Assembly (NCBI GenBank): GCA_951406725.2
Contig: OX597822.1
Location: 50,034,001 to 50,098,000, forward strand
Source of the DNA: Octopus vulgaris
Lineage: Eukaryota
Direction of reading: 5' to 3'
Length of the DNA: 64,000 nt
Shown: positions 38,650-53,529 of the stretch, piece by piece
Layout: each line of letters opens with the position of its first letter
Position numbering within the stretch: the first letter of the stretch is position 1
Notes under the pieces: model-generated
The model's database searches: none
Seen by the model: the letters and a program-made list of their open reading frames with translations, nothing else
Told to the model about the DNA's origin: nothing
Program-made: the position numbers and the translations under genes

Positions 38650-40330
38650 AGTATGAAGAACAGTTGAAATTTAACTTCGATAATCTTAAAATAATCATAT
38701 AATACACTTCCTCAAGCAAAGATTGCATTTAAAATTGACATTGATGTATGTGGAAGGGTAATTAATGAACCACTTTATATCCTAGTTAATATTCCTGTCT
38801 TTCACATCCCTAATGCATTTACTAAGATTCGTAGTTATCTTCTTAAATTATAAGGCTATGAAATCTAAATTTCCAAATTGTACCAGAAGAACCTATATAA
38901 TGATATCCACGATCCCCTTATATGCTATTATCTTCCTCAAATACCGATTGTCTAACGCGTATAACTTTTGAATTGTTTTGAAAGTTAAAAGGCGTTTATT
39001 GACTCCTATGTAGCATTCATGGTTAAAGCAACCGGCACTAATTCTCCTCTCAGAATTAGGCGTTAAGCTAGGATTATTTGCAGTATTATAAGTAATATTA
39101 GCACCAGTTGTTATCTTAAACGTACTAACAGTTTCAGAGTTGGAATTGTCTTAATCTAACGTATTAAAGAGTAGTTCAGGAAAATTATCATTAGAATTTA
39201 TATCACAAGTAGCCCTTTCGGTTCTACTCATGTTTACCAATATTGAGTTGAGATACTGTTGAAATACTGTTTAATTTTACATTTGTTATGTGCTGCTATA
39301 ATTTCAGTCAAATTTCCAGTGGTTAGATTGGAACATTTTAGTCCATGGCGAATAAATAATTTTCCGTTCATATGGAAGGTGGCAAATATTTAGTTACACA
39401 ACACAGAATTTATGAGGAATAATAGTAGTTATGTAAGATGCTAATGATGCATTATAACAGATGTCATTCCTTCTATTATTTACACAGACTTTATCAACAT
39501 GATTATGACGTTATCAACATGATTATAATTCTTAATTCCAAAATTAAATGTTCATTTGCCATAATTCTTATGCTTAAATCTATTCATATCTAAAGAACCA
39601 TTATGATTTTATTATCTTCAGAGTAATGTCTGTGCTTATTAATAATATGTTTATCTCCAAGTCTCCCTCTTTACCAATATCTGTATTATTATACTTGCTA
39701 TTACATACTTAAGTAAAATTGCTTGCTGTATCATTCTTATTGTACTCTCTATCAATGCTCTCATATTTAATATCCTATCACTGTTGAGAATTTTATAAGT
39801 ATTCTGATTCTGGATGTAGTTCATTTTATTCTTATGCCCTGCTTCACATAATGCGTGGTTATTTTGCTTTACATTTTGTGAAAATACATACTAACTAGCA
39901 GAAAGCCTCGAAATACGTGTTGATAAATTTTAAAGATAGAATTTGTTTTGATTTTAGGATGATTAGAACTTTTCTTTACATACCTTAAGCATTCATTCGG
40001 TATATATGGTATGGTTTGTGGTCCTGTAGTGAAATCCAGAGTAAAATCTTCTATACTCATTTTCTATAGAAAGGACAGACTAAGACGCTTAAAAATGTTT
40101 TAAAGGTTTTTTTTTCCCGGTAACTTTTAAGATTAACTTTACTAAACCTCTAGATGTCTTGAAAACATTCTAGGCGATAGTAGGATTTACTTATCATATG
40201 TGAGTAATTAACTTCGATATTAATTCTATTTGAATTTATTGGCATCTGATAGTTTGGTATAGCTAAACGAGTTCGTTTAACACAGTGCTTTCTACATATC
40301 TGACACAGCTGATACACACCTACGACTAAT
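38650..40330 (-). pseudogene. Heavily degraded Penelope-like element (RT thumb, Asn-rich linker, GIY-YIG)
   Basis: DFTLDFTTG...IPNECLRYVKKSSNHPKI (ORF 39869..40060); YHYIGSSGTIWKFRF and TTNLSK near 38910-38820. Confidence 0.65.
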
Positions 40331-42256
40331 TTCAAGTTAAATAGAAGCTAGCTATGTATGTATAATACATACATACGTTTGTGTGGAAACATATTAAATT
40401 ATTCTTTTAAGTTTCTAGAAGCTGGTAGTTGTAAGCGACCATTTAGACATATGAGCCTCAACATGAAAAGTAAGCATTAATCTGAATTTGAACTACTTAA
40501 TGTACAAAATATTTTCGCATGTATACTTTTGTTATGCGCCTGTATGTATATGCGTGCGTGTGTAATTTTTGCGTTTCTGTGCGTGTGATGTTGTTATTAA
40601 ATCAGAACTTGAATTAATTTCCCTGAAAGAATATCAGTCAATTTTTAGTGTTTGCAGTCGATCAGGTCAATTATTAATATTTCAATAACTATTTGGCCTC
40701 CTTATAGATTTCGTTGTTTGCTTCGCTTAGTCCTGATTGGTAACGTACATAACGTCATACAGTACATTCTTAACAATGAACCATTAATCATTGTGGCTGT
40801 ATAATCCTATACGTGTTGTACGTCTCCGTTTAAGAGGCTAATCTACGGTATCAGGAAGATTTCAGAGCTCATTGTAGCTGATCGGGTAATTGTATGTTGC
40901 TTCATTGTTTTAGCTATTCCCTTTCAGCAACAATCTTGTCCCTGATAATGACATCGAGATCATCATTTTGATATCATTGTCAAGTTATTGAATTACCCTC
41001 TCGTAAAGCCTTTTGAACTGCTCTGAAGGAAACCAATGATATCGTCTATTACTATTGTTTCCCAACAAATCATTAATACATTTCGTATTATATGACTCAC
41101 TCTCTGCTTTCAGTGAATCAAACAATAACGATTGGTTGGAACTTTACACTCGGTACCCCTATTAGTAAAGTTAACTTTTAAGCCATATTATTGAATGACT
41201 AGTCCTTATGAGATGAATATGAAGCACCTCGGCTGGAAATCAAACCACAATTATATCTCAATTATTAAACTTATTTTTACCGATCAAGGTGTATTTATAA
41301 TTACTCCGAGTTGTGATAAGTGGTTTAAAATGAAATAAAATAATCTCCTTGAAGTCCTAGCTACATTTTCAACGTGATTCTCTTTAAACATGCTAATGGC
41401 CGTGCATACGGTTTATCCATCTCGGAAATGTCTTCTACTCAATGAGCAATATGAAAATGTGTTTTCGTGTGTAACCCAAACAGAACGGAGATACATTTAA
41501 AACATCTCAAACTACATTGTCTGCAGGAGCAAAGGTAAATTTTGTTGGTAATATAATTTCATAGGTAAGTCGTTACAGTTGATAACTTATGAGAGACAAA
41601 CTGGTTTTCTATTCAACCTTTTGCATAGTTTCTCACAAGCATTTCATTTGTTGAAATATAATATATTCAAATTGCAACAGTCGTAAATCTACATCTATGG
41701 ATATGTGGATCCGTTTTAATCAGTATTACTGCCATACGTAGGAAGGTGGGTTGACAGAATCACAGAAATGTTGGAAGATATATAGTGGTAATAGCGCCGA
41801 CACTTCATTCTGAGTTCAAATCACACCGCGGTAAACTTTGCATTTAATACCACCGCGGTATGATAAAATGATGTAGCACTCAAAACTGCAATCAGTTTAA
41901 TCGACTAATATTCTTGTTTGAATTTCAGACCTTAAAAGGTTTGTGGACGGGTAGATTTTTTTATGGGCGGATGATAAATGTTGTGTAATGTTTGTTCTAA
42001 CTATCTAGCTTTATATCTGAGTTCTGTGTTCCAATGTTACTGAGGTCAATTTTGCCTTTCATACATTTGCGATCCACAAAATAACTAACTACACTCCTTA
42101 ACTTCATATTACTCTCTCTCTCTCTCTCTGTCTAAATTATGATCAGTAAATACTACATTTTGTAGTAAATACAAGTGTAGTTTATACGTAAATACGAGTG
42201 TAATTTATAGTTATATAAAATACGAGAGTAGTTTAAAGAAATCAACAAATCAAACA

Positions 42257-42312
42257 TAGGTGCAGGAGTGGCTGTGTGGCATAGGCACAGAAGTGGCTGT
42301 GTGGTAAGTAGC
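42257..42312 (+). mobile_element. Two tandem 5' heads of SINE family B
   Basis: ATAGGTGCAGGAGTGGCTGTGTGG followed by ATAGGCACAGAAGTGGCTGTGTGGTAAGTAGC. Confidence 0.65.
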
Positions 42313-42923
42313 CTGTAATAATTTAAATTCTCGTAGTTTCATAATTTCCTTCAAAAACTGTCCTGAACAATAATTGAGCTTCTCATAATATGTGAAATTT
42401 TAGTTGATTAAAAATTATATTTTGCTGACTAAATTAAGTATGTCAAACTGTACTTTAATATATTTATAATTACTGTAGTCGCTTAAAATCAAATTTAAAA
42501 TGCGGTTGAAGCCTACTTTAAAAGTTCTCTCCGGGGACAAGAAAATGCGTGTAAATTGCGTCGATTTAAGAATGTCTCGTCTATTAAAACATCTGTCTTT
42601 GATGATGTAATGATACCGGATGTATTAAACGATTTATTAAATCACATGGGGACTCACTCTCTGTTACTTTCCCCCACTCTCTCTCTCGTTATATGGTTTA
42701 TATATATGGATATATACACATATATGTATATGTGTGGGCGTGTGTTTGTCCTTGTGTTTGTGTGTATGGCTTTTATACGATGTAGTGTAGAAAGAAGATA
42801 ATATTTACTCAATTCATATCGTATCACCATACAACAAGTCGCGTAAACAGTGACCTGAGCCATTAATCTTTCATGATTCTGAGGTTTAGTAGTCACACTC
42901 TAGACGCTAGTGATAAAAGAAAT

Positions 42924-43038
<115 letters not shown>

Positions 43039-44569
43039 ATATATGTGTGTGTGTGTGTGTTTGATTCAAACTTCCGTTAAGTTTTTGCCTAATAGGGTTA
43101 TTCATGATTACGATCCCAATGAAATACGACAAGAAAAGAATGATGATATTTGGTCACCACACTGAAACTAATCTAATTTAGATTGGCTTTGTTTCTATGT
43201 ATTGGGGAGTCTGTGAAACAGCTACTAGTCAATTACCGGAATCAAAGAAAATATTTTACTCCGATAATAGAATTTGTTAATCAAAAATATAATATTCCTA
43301 AGAGTTTTCACTCAAGAAAAAAAATGTTATGTAGTGGTACAAGAACACAGCTCTTCAGAAGAGTTGTGTAACCCGTTGCGTCACACCCACTATACCGTTC
43401 ATATATATTTAGCAATCGCAGTGCAACATGTGAAGTAGTTTTGGCTCTGGAAGGAAATTAGCTTAGAGCGTTGGACAAAACGAAAAAAGAAAGATAATAA
43501 TAGCCATCAAAGTTTAGTTCTAATCGTCCCTCGTGACTACAATTAATATCTGGATATCATATCATTTGATCGGTTTCGTGAGTGCAGAAACGGCTTTCAA
43601 AATAGTTTTCAGATTAAAGTGGCTGATTTCAAAGACTACACAAAAAATTCCTTTATATACTTGGCAAATAAATCGATAGTTTGAATTACACAGCTAAACG
43701 TTCAGTGGTCTGAGAAGATAATTAAAAAAAAATGTTTTATTTTCTAGAGTGTATTAACATACCTTCTTGAGAGGATTTTATTGTGTATTTGAGCAATAAG
43801 ACCAGATAATTTTATTAAAGCTTTGACGTCTGGGATTGTTGTGATACGTAAAGTTAATACAGTATTACACGTTGAAATAAAAAGCTGAAGTCTATGAATA
43901 TATTACTTACATTTCCTTTACGTTTAGTTGTTGTTTTAGTTAAACATGGTGTATAATAATTATCTACGCTATACTATGTCTCCTTGGTGATTTTAATGGC
44001 TATGGTTAGTTTATATCTGTCTTTTATCATTGATCATAACGGAGTCTTGTAGTATTCTCCCCACTTCTTTAGTACTCCTCCGTAATACTAACTGTTATCC
44101 CTTGTTCTGTTGACAATACATTGTGAAGTGTTCCTTATGAAGAAAATGAATATATGTGTGTGATGCAAATATTATAAACGCCATTGAACTTGAAGTGGTT
44201 TTGTAAATTTAGGAAAGAACTTAAATTCTCCGATAAGGCTCCCAGAAAATTACTTTTCGTAAAAGAGGTATGATGATAAAATATTTAGAAATATTCGGTG
44301 CATTCAATATTTACATTGGTTATTAGAAATGATTAAAATCCTAGATTGAATATAAATATAAGCTTCTGTGTAGCCTCCAGGTGAATACTGCTGAAGCAGA
44401 GTTATGAGGAAACAATTTTCTGTGTTCACCGTTCTGTACGTCTTCCAATCCCAAATTCTCCCAGCAAAATATTACGCACAAAATTCTGAGTCTTAAAGCT
44501 AGACGGATAAAATACACTGTCCCTCAAATTATAAAATGCAATTGCCCAACACAATGTCATCTCCGAGGC

Positions 44570-44765
44570 CGAATAAGACTGACCAATGAATATCACCAAT
44601 TACACGACCAAATACTGCTCTCAATCCTATCATCTACACAATTGACCAACACTCGCTCCCCACCGAGTCGACCACTACGAATGACCAACACTCTTACAGC
44701 ACCACGTTACCATAAACGATTGACCAAAATTCGCTCCCCACTGCGTCACCAAATACGCCTGACGT
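44570..44765 (+). repeat. Degenerate ~41-bp minisatellite
   Basis: Recurrent ACGA.TGACCAACACTC(GCTCCCCAC) units at ~44578, 44640, 44680 and 44720. Confidence 0.7.
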
Positions 44766-46441
44766 CAACAAATACGAATCACTCTTCTGTGTATCTGACA
44801 TTAATAAAATTGCCTCATATCGTCAATTCGGAATAAACGAAATATAGTAGTTAATAAAAACGCACGAATATTAAAGCTTAATAAAAGCAAAATTTTAACA
44901 ATTTTTTCTCGAAGTAAATACAAACCATAAATGCATATATATTGTCATACACGTGTTTCTTAATAGTTTGTCATATGAATTAAAATGGATGTCTTTATTA
45001 AGCCATGGCTACTTAACATTTGGAGTTTTTTTTTTAAATTTTAATTAATCGGAAGAAGATTACTTAAAAGTACTGCTTACTTAAAAGTACTGCCTTAATT
45101 TAGTAAACAAGTATATATTGCAATTTCACTTCACCGAGTAGTTTGCCAAATGTGTTGTTTTGGCTTCACCGTGGAATTACAGAACTCAACAATAAAGACA
45201 TGGCATATTCATTACTCCAATACTAAACGGCTTCTCGAATATACAAATATTCTACTCTATCCTGTTCATTCCTATTTTCTCTCTAAACCTGAAATCTCTT
45301 CTAGGTATTCTTGTATAAACTTTTCAGTCATGTATTTTTTCTCTTCCAGCATGTTTATTTAACTCATTATTAGCCCTATCGTTCACATTTTGTTTCTTTT
45401 CTTTTCTTGTTTTACAATTCTTATTCATTCTCTTAGCTTTGAACCCACGTTCATCATGTGACACCTAATTGCATTTCTTGAGTTATTTTCACTCCTTTCC
45501 TCCTATATTAATGCTTCTCTTTATTACTGATTTCTCTCTATATAATACATTTTTGTTTCTTCTCTTTGCCCTCTCCAAAATATTTGCCTGTGTCTTCCCT
45601 AACCTCGTTCAATTCAATTCAATTCAATTCCTGCTGCCTCGCTCTGTTAACATTAGCCAACATGACACATTAAACTTCGCTTCCTTAATAAAATAATAAA
45701 CAAGCACCAGCATTGTCAAAATTCTGTGCCCGGGACGCGAAGTTTTTTCTCCCCACGAGAGTTCCGGACCCCAGGGGTGAGCTCATTTGCTTACAACCAA
45801 TCAGAGCTCACCGTGTCCTTGTCAGCAAAAACACTCTACAAGGTAAACTCGAGACGATGAACGGTGTTGTAAATCGACCGATCCCCAAGTTATACCTAAT
45901 TTTTAGGAGGGGACAACTAGATACATTTGCATCTATACCTATTATCGGATTTTGTTAGGGCCCCATATAGTAAAGATGTGGATGGGAAAATGTGGGTAGA
46001 GGGTGATGTGCTAGCAGCTACTTGTTTTACAAAGTAAACAACACAAATAACTAAGTAGACACAGCCATGGTTCCAATAGCAACAGGCATTATCAAAGAAG
46101 CATGGTTATTCCTTACCCAAGAGACCCTATGTTATCGCCCATCACTTGTTATGTATTTTATTTTAACTGAATCATTGGAGACTAGTGTTAAAGAAAAAAG
46201 TCTCTTTTGCAAAATGGCAATCTCTGGTGTTTAAAATACTAGTCCGAAGAAATATTGCCGTATCTGGTGAACTCAATAAGTTCCGATATTATTATATAGA
46301 ATAATCGAAAACTACTTGGAATGTTTGATTTGATACTGGGAATCAAAATATTTATCATTTATTTCTCTGTAAAGGGCTAACGTATAGTAAAGAATGAAAG
46401 AAAATGCTATCCCAAGCTTATAACTAGTGATATTTGAGTTC

Positions 46442-46537
<96 letters not shown>

Positions 46538-47765
46538 AATTATTCAAGGAAGTAGCAAATATACTTCGGGGAAAAGACTTCTTTAAGGTATGTGTATGAA
46601 AGTTTACGATTCGGAGAACAGATTTGTAGAATTGGTGCTTTTAATCAAAATTATTTTACAACTGAGCCCTGAATACTTATTTAAAGATTATTGCTAAGAG
46701 ATTGCTTGTAATCCTTGTTTCGACATTGCTAGAACCGTTATAAATACATTGATTTAACACGTATATGGTTTCTTGTCAGAAACTTTAGCACGCCGGGCGA
46801 AATACTATTTTCTTTTAAGGGATTGCCTTCATAACGAACATTTTTCTCAGCCTTGTAAATAAGTACATTCTCAAGAATATATAGTTTATTGACGAAAGAA
46901 TTGTGGTAATCTCTGTCATCGCATAGCACATCAAACTTTACAACCATTTTATTTTTAATATTTGTCGTTGACATATAACATCCAAACTAATAGTTATTAG
47001 GTGTTTGGTATTTTTTATGGCCCTCCACAAAACTGACGTCACTGACATATAATTGTTCCGGTGGCGCTCTTTACGGACTGTTAATTCACTTAATCTTTAT
47101 TGACACTGCGCAAAAATTCAAATACTAGATAATCCAAGTTTTTTTTTTTCTTGTATCACTAACCCGTAGAAATCCAAGCCCTGCAAGTGAAACTAGGAAC
47201 ACAGAAAGAATGTTGGATTCCCTTGGGTGATTACGTTGTCGCACAAAATGAAGATCTGATTTTTATTGAAAACAGAAAATATATATCTGTTTTTGTCCAG
47301 GGTATACATATATGGTGAATAATCTGAAACTCGCAAACTAATTTAAAGATTTTACAAAAGAACACACATCGTGAGTCGATTTACTCTCAGAATGAAGAGA
47401 ACAAGCCTTCGTGAGAATCCGCTATGACCCGTTGTAAGCCGAATATTGTCCAGTCACTTCTACGAACATATCAGTTTGAGTGTGATCATTTTCGTACGTC
47501 CGTGGCGAGTTCCCATCATAGAATTCACTATAATATTACTGTTTACTGAATGAAATAGTTATATATTGAGTGTGGACAATGTTATTTGATTAGAAGCCAT
47601 ATTTGGAACTATTCAGTGGGGTCATCGAGTGACATTCATTAATTGTTTCCTGGGAGTTTTCTTTCTATCTATATGGAGATATTTTCTAATTCATTTAACC
47701 CTATAATTTGTTTTCGATTATAGTGTAAATTCTTATAGATTCTACCTATCTCTCTGACTGCTTGC

Positions 47766-47813
<48 letters not shown>

Positions 47814-47819
47814 TCTTTC

Positions 47820-48134
47820 TATTCTTTTAGTTATTTCGGTCATTTGACTGCGGCCATCTGAAACACCACCTTGAAAGATTTTAGTCGAGCAATTTAAACC
47901 CAGGGTTTACTTTTTAAGGCAAGTATTTATCGGGCTCTTTTGCCGAATCGCAATGTCACGGGGACGTAAACATACCAACACCAGTTGTTAACCGGCGATG
48001 GGAGAGAAACACAGATACAAAGACACATACATACATACATATATATATGTATACGTATACATACATACATATATATATGTATATACGTATACATATACAT
48101 ACACACGTATATATATGTAGATACGTATACATAT

Positions 48135-48168
<34 letters not shown>

Positions 48169-48437
48169 CATACATATATATCATACATATGTATCATACA
48201 TATATATATATATCATACATATATATCATACATATATATATATATATCATATATATATATATATATCAAACATATATACATATACACATATACGACGGGC
48301 TTCTTTTAGTTTCTGTCTACCAAATCCAATGACAAGGTTTTTGTTCGGCCCGAAGTTATAGTAGAAGACACTTTCCCAAGGTGCCATGCAGTGGGACGGA
48401 ATCCAGAACCATATGGTTGGGAAGCAAGCTTCTTAAC
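47820..48437 (-). mobile_element. SINE family B, near full length, with expanded internal microsatellite (~290 bp)
   Basis: 48290-48437 and 47820-48010 are reverse complements of the 5' and 3' parts of 12300-12740. Confidence 0.85.
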
Positions 48438-49549
48438 ATACATATGTGTTTACACACATTAATGTATGTATACACAGACACGCAGACACACAGACAAATA
48501 TACACAGACGCACACACGCACAAACCTTAACATTGTCTGTTGCCGAGAGTCTTTACCTCTCTGCGTTTTCTATAATGTTTCCTTTCTTCTCTATTTCCAT
48601 TCTTTCATATTTTTTCTTCCCAATCTCTCGTTTCGTCTCATTTACATCCTTCCCTCTCTATTTTCTCTCTCTCATTCACTGCTCTACTAGATTTTTCTTT
48701 CTACCAAGAATATCTTCCGGAATGTTCATATTCCTGTTACCCATGCACACTTCGTTTATTTTCTTACTTGCCTAAGCTCTAAGTTACTTCCGCCTTTGCT
48801 AATTTTCTGTTCGATTCTTTTGTGTCTGGGGTTAATTTATATCTAGCCTTACCTGCACAAAAGAACTCTGTCTCTTTGTATCTCTGCTCGTTCTATTTCA
48901 ATTGATTTTCATTTTCTGTTTCATAACCTTTCTCTATTAATCTCAATGGAATGAACCAATTATTTTGAGTCTTTTTTTCTTGTACATAATTTTACGAAAT
49001 TTTTCTTGCAATTTCCTATCATTATTATTATTGCAATCGTATCAAGTGATGATTTATACAAACTGCCCCATATCTCGGTGTTCACATTTCAGTTATATCC
49101 TAACTTTGCTTCACCATTCTCAAGCCATATATATTTCATAAATCTGCTGCCACTTAGAAGCAATTAATAATGCTGTTAGCTGTACCTACATCACGATGAT
49201 CTTCCTTAGCAGCTAATTAGTGGTAGCAGCTAATTAGTGGACCTCTGGTTAGAATTGCAATACACAATTCGACTGACTTCATATTTAATTTATATTTAAC
49301 TTTCTTTCATAGGGACCCAAGCATGATTGAGTGTTAACAATTTTACTTCAAAAAGGATGTTTCGGGTTTAAGCTTATTTTGAGGCAAATTAGGCAAGTTT
49401 CATCTAATATAGCGTCGGATTGTACGCTATACCCGTTTGAGACTGTCGGCTTAATTATCTTAGAGGACGTGCAATAAAGTGTTAAACAGAAAGGAATGAA
49501 TAACAAACTTAAAATAAGTAATGGGATCGTTCCATCGATTATATTCTTC

Positions 49550-49855
49550 AAGGTGCATGTTTCTGTGGTTAGAGCGTCGGGCTCATTACCTTTAGGTAGT
49601 GAGTTCGGTTCTCGAACCGGTCTGTGTGTTGTGGTCTTGAGCAAGACACTATTTCACATTGCTCCAGTTCACCTAACTGTAGAAATGAGCTGTATATCGG
49701 TTTTTGCCCTTCACTTGGATAACATCGGTGGCATAGAGAGGGGAGGCTGGTATGCATGGGCGACTGATGGTCTTCCATAAACAACCTGGCCCGGACTTAT
49801 GCCTCGGAGGGGAAACTTTCTAAGTGTAATCCCATAGTCATTCATAGTCATTCAT
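49550..49855 (+). mobile_element. tRNA-derived SINE family D (CORE-like motif)
   Basis: GTGGTTAGAGCG..GAGTTCGGTTCTC head; GTCTTGAGCAAGACACT CORE-like segment; tail shared with 13655-13815. Confidence 0.75.
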
Positions 49856-50929
49856 CTACCCATTTACTATTCTTCAAGAAGTACTAGATTATGAACCCAT
49901 TCTATATTTCAGCAAATACGATAATAGAAATATGGTGTTTTAAACTGAACACACGTGTTTGTATGTGCGTAGGCGTGCGTGTACATGTACGTGTGTCTGT
50001 GTATGTGCGTGAAAGTGTGCATATACATTAATACACAGATATGCATGAACACACTGATGCACTCGCATATATATATGTGCCAATATACCGGGTCTGTACA
50101 AATGGAATTCTGATTTCTCAGATAGCTCGTGGTTGCAATACTGTGTATGGATGATTTAAGAATTCAGTTTACTAATTTCCACATGACACCACTATATATA
50201 TGTCAAGCCTGACCAGTTTCCCAAGATAATCAATGAATGTTTTGCCTGTCTAATGCGTTTTGTCAAATATCTATTCCACGTTGAGACAAACATTACAGAA
50301 TACGGAGAATATTTCACAACAAACCAGGAATATCACATTGCGAAATTGCATGTTGTAATTCATTAGAATCTGTATAGTTTCCGTTCAACTTCGTAAAAGC
50401 TGGGGTATATTTTTAAGAACAAACCTGAGATGTTTCACAAACCCGAAATAATTTGCTGCATTTTATGATAGATGAAGAAAAAATAGAACCGGGACATACT
50501 CAATCTTGTGCTGATTGATTATATGAAAGGTGATAAAAGCTTCATAAAATGAAAATGTGGACAAAAAAGAGGAAAAATCCTCACCAATAATATATACGAT
50601 AGCACATGTGGACTGTGGCTGTACTGTATTGTGTTTGTAAACTGTAGGGAGCTGCGTATACAGAAATGAATGGAATATATTTAAGGAGACAAACATGAGA
50701 CAGCTATAAATAAATTAATAAATATATTTACAAACAGTTCAGTTTCTTTTGTATAAATCGCGTGCGGCGTTGCGTTTTCAAGCAAATAATCTGATTTGAT
50801 ATCACAAATAACTTACAAGCCAACAAAGGTTGCTCTTGCAATGAACCAATCAGCATAAAGTTAATGACCAATGAGTTAATGAACACGCGCTGTATGTATA
50901 GTTTCTATCTGATAGCCCATGGAAAACAA

Positions 50930-51600
50930 TAAATTCACTGAGAATCATATTCGGCATTACATGCTTTAGGAATTTTGTAAGGGCAATTCAACGGGTGGAA
51001 GGAAAAAAACATACGTACGATATGATCCGGATGGGGTGAATAATCGGAGGTTCCAAAGGTTGTTTAAACTAATTCAGACAGGGATTTCGTTCTCTTTTGC
51101 ATAGGTATCGACCAGGAAGACTAATTGATCCCCTTAATGAGGCAGCGAAAACAGAAACTGAGTGGAATCTGCGCCGAAATATCGGAGATTTATCCGGAAG
51201 CTTAGTATCTGTTCCACTGTGCACGATAATCCCATGCAGGTTGAGAAAATGTGTAGAAAATTCAAGTGGGTACTTCATTTTGCAACCTGATAATGCAAGT
51301 CTACATTCAGGGAAGAGAACCCAAGAAAATATCAATTCTTCAGTATGGGAAGGTTTATCTCACTATCCTACTGAGCCAATTTAACACATCAAATTTTCAT
51401 TTCTTTATGTCGTTTGAACAAGTTACCAGTGGAAAAAAATATTCAAAAGGCCACGTTGATAAGGCACTTCAAATATATTTCTTTTCTAAAATAGCTAGTT
51501 TGTTTTGTCCATGGAACTAGACAATTGGTTTCAAGGTGAGAAAATTTTATAGTTAACGATTGCGATTATAGTTTCGATAATTAAATATATTTACAATTTT
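50930..51600 (+). pseudogene. Internally deleted mariner transposase relic
   Basis: EFCKGNST HTH start; RPGRL; FILQPDNASLHSGKRTQ..VWEGLSHYP; SNFHFFMSF; HGTRQLVSR.ENFIVND. Confidence 0.8.
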
Positions 51601-52548
51601 TTGAAATGGTGCGATCTTTGTCTCAACTTAATCAACTGTTCCGTCTAATTATCCCGTAGCTGGGATCATGGCAGGCGCTACTAATTCGATTTAGAGTATA
51701 CATCACAAAACCCTCGAACTCCCGAACCAAGGCCTCACTACTAAATGCAGTTTAGATTTGCATCGTCTCCAGATAAATGTCACTCACAGATGCCAGAACG
51801 AACTCAGGGTCGTTAATGCCCGTTTGCTCCTTAGCAGCGCATCTAAGAAAAGGTAACTCCATACAAATTTTGCATCCACATAACTACATACTGCACGAGA
51901 CCAATACACATTTTAAGAACGAGAGAGTGGGACAGTCTCTGCACAAACCATATCCTCTATAACAATATTCATCCTGCAGGTTGTTTGGCAAATTGAACCA
52001 CTAGCATCAATACCTTCATACCTTCGCGCTTTCTCCAAACTTTCAGTAGCGATGGGTAAAGACGTGACAGGGACAGGTAGAGGATGGTTCCGGAAGTCTT
52101 CAGCTTCAAACTTGTGTGCAGACCTGGAAGAACACTGCCCAATTGTATCTTACTGAACCAAAATTGGTCGAAGCGACAATATGATCAACTACAAACCAAA
52201 CTGTTATCACTCATCTTATTAAGGAATTTTAACATGCACTTATTGCACATTAATGTGTAGTTTGGAATAATAAATTTCTGTGCATCAACCTTTCACGCCT
52301 TCCCGCGTTTGATTCTTGAATGACAGAATTTTACTGTTGATTTTATAACCTTCTATTAGAAATGAGGACTACTGAGACGATAGATCCTCCTTCTGTATCG
52401 CAGGAATTAAAGCAGCTTTATCGTTAATGTAAAATGTATGCAACAACACCAAAATACAATGGGCTGTGTTTCTAACTGTTAGTCCATTGCTTGTTTATTT
52501 GCATTTCTGTTTTCCGTTTTATTTTGCTTCTAATATACTTTCAATAAC

Positions 52549-52757
52549 AGGCGAGATGGCAGAATCGTTTAGCACACTGGACGAAATACTTAGCGACACT
52601 TTGTCCGTTTTTATTACGTTCAAGTTCCGCCGAGGTAGAATGCCCCTTTTATCGTTTCGTGGTCGATAAAATATATACCAGATGAGCACTGTGGTGGTAT
52701 AATCGACTTATCCCCTACACTCAAACATTCTGGCCTTGTTACAAAACTTGAAGCCAA
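52549..52757 (+). mobile_element. SINE family A
   Basis: GGCGAGATGGCAGAATCGTTTAGCAC...GGTCGATAAAATATATACCAG...GGCCTTGTTACAAAACTTGAAGCC. Confidence 0.75.
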
Positions 52758-52812
52758 CATAAAGTCAATGACAAATGTATGTATATATATATAAGTATAA
52801 TTTAATATAATA

Positions 52813-52866
<54 letters not shown>

Positions 52867-52867
<1 letters not shown>

Positions 52868-53042
52868 GTAGGTCCCGGGTTGAGTCGGGGTTAACCACAG
52901 TAAATAAGGTACTCAATACATAGCAGAGTAAATTAATTTATTTTATAGAAGGAGCTTCTACAGGACTAGAACTGTTTCATTCAAATGAAATCATCAGGAA
53001 GCCTGATGATTTCATTTGAATGAAACAGTTCAGTTGTAGAAG

Positions 53043-53043
<1 letters not shown>
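52867..53043 (-). mobile_element. 177-bp mini-insertion of the 30224-34003 family: terminus + HHR (52953-53002, -) + inverted HHR core (53003-53043, +)
   Basis: 52867-53002 is the reverse complement of 33867-34003 with few changes; 53003-53043 mirrors 52954-52997; flanked by (TA)n and (CA)n. Confidence 0.88.
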
Positions 53044-53138
<95 letters not shown>

Positions 53139-53529
53139 AAGAATATGTGGGTTATAGTGCATTAGTAATCTAAACGAATAGGTACGATGGGTAAGTTTAC
53201 CGACCAACAACCATATCCTCTGGAAGACATGAGCTATGAACATTATGTCCCTGCCTACATTCTTCTAACTACTTTTATTCTTTATTCTTCTATTTTACTT
53301 TATTCTGTTTTAATCCTTAGAAACTCTAAATTGTAAGCTGTAAATTTCCCCCGTCTAAAATATTTTTGCTTCTGATGAAAGACTACCCAGTGCACGGACG
53401 TGCTATCCAACCACTTGGATTATCCTAGAAATAGCTGTAATACTTCAAAATCACTTTACTCTAATTAAATTATTATAAATGAGTTGAGATACTACTTCTG
53501 CCTTGGTTTTGATTTTTCCTCTAATATAC

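Noticed and set aside
43300-43365. Minus-strand CTGAAGA...GAAA
   Set aside because: Only a 3-bp putative stem II; no stem III or stem I.
44570-44765. Regularly spaced short repeats resembling a CRISPR array
   Set aside because: Units are degenerate along their whole length with no unique spacers, there are no cas genes, and the context is eukaryotic.
46738-47045. 78-aa ORF with nearby TGACGTCA (CRE-like) site
   Set aside because: The ORF includes a SINE-A fragment (TATTTCGCCCGGCGTGCTAA), has no recognisable homology, and one 8-mer is expected by chance in 64 kb.
51620-52200. GC-richer block, possibly an L1/Tx1 3' remnant on minus strand
   Set aside because: Motif evidence too weak to call.
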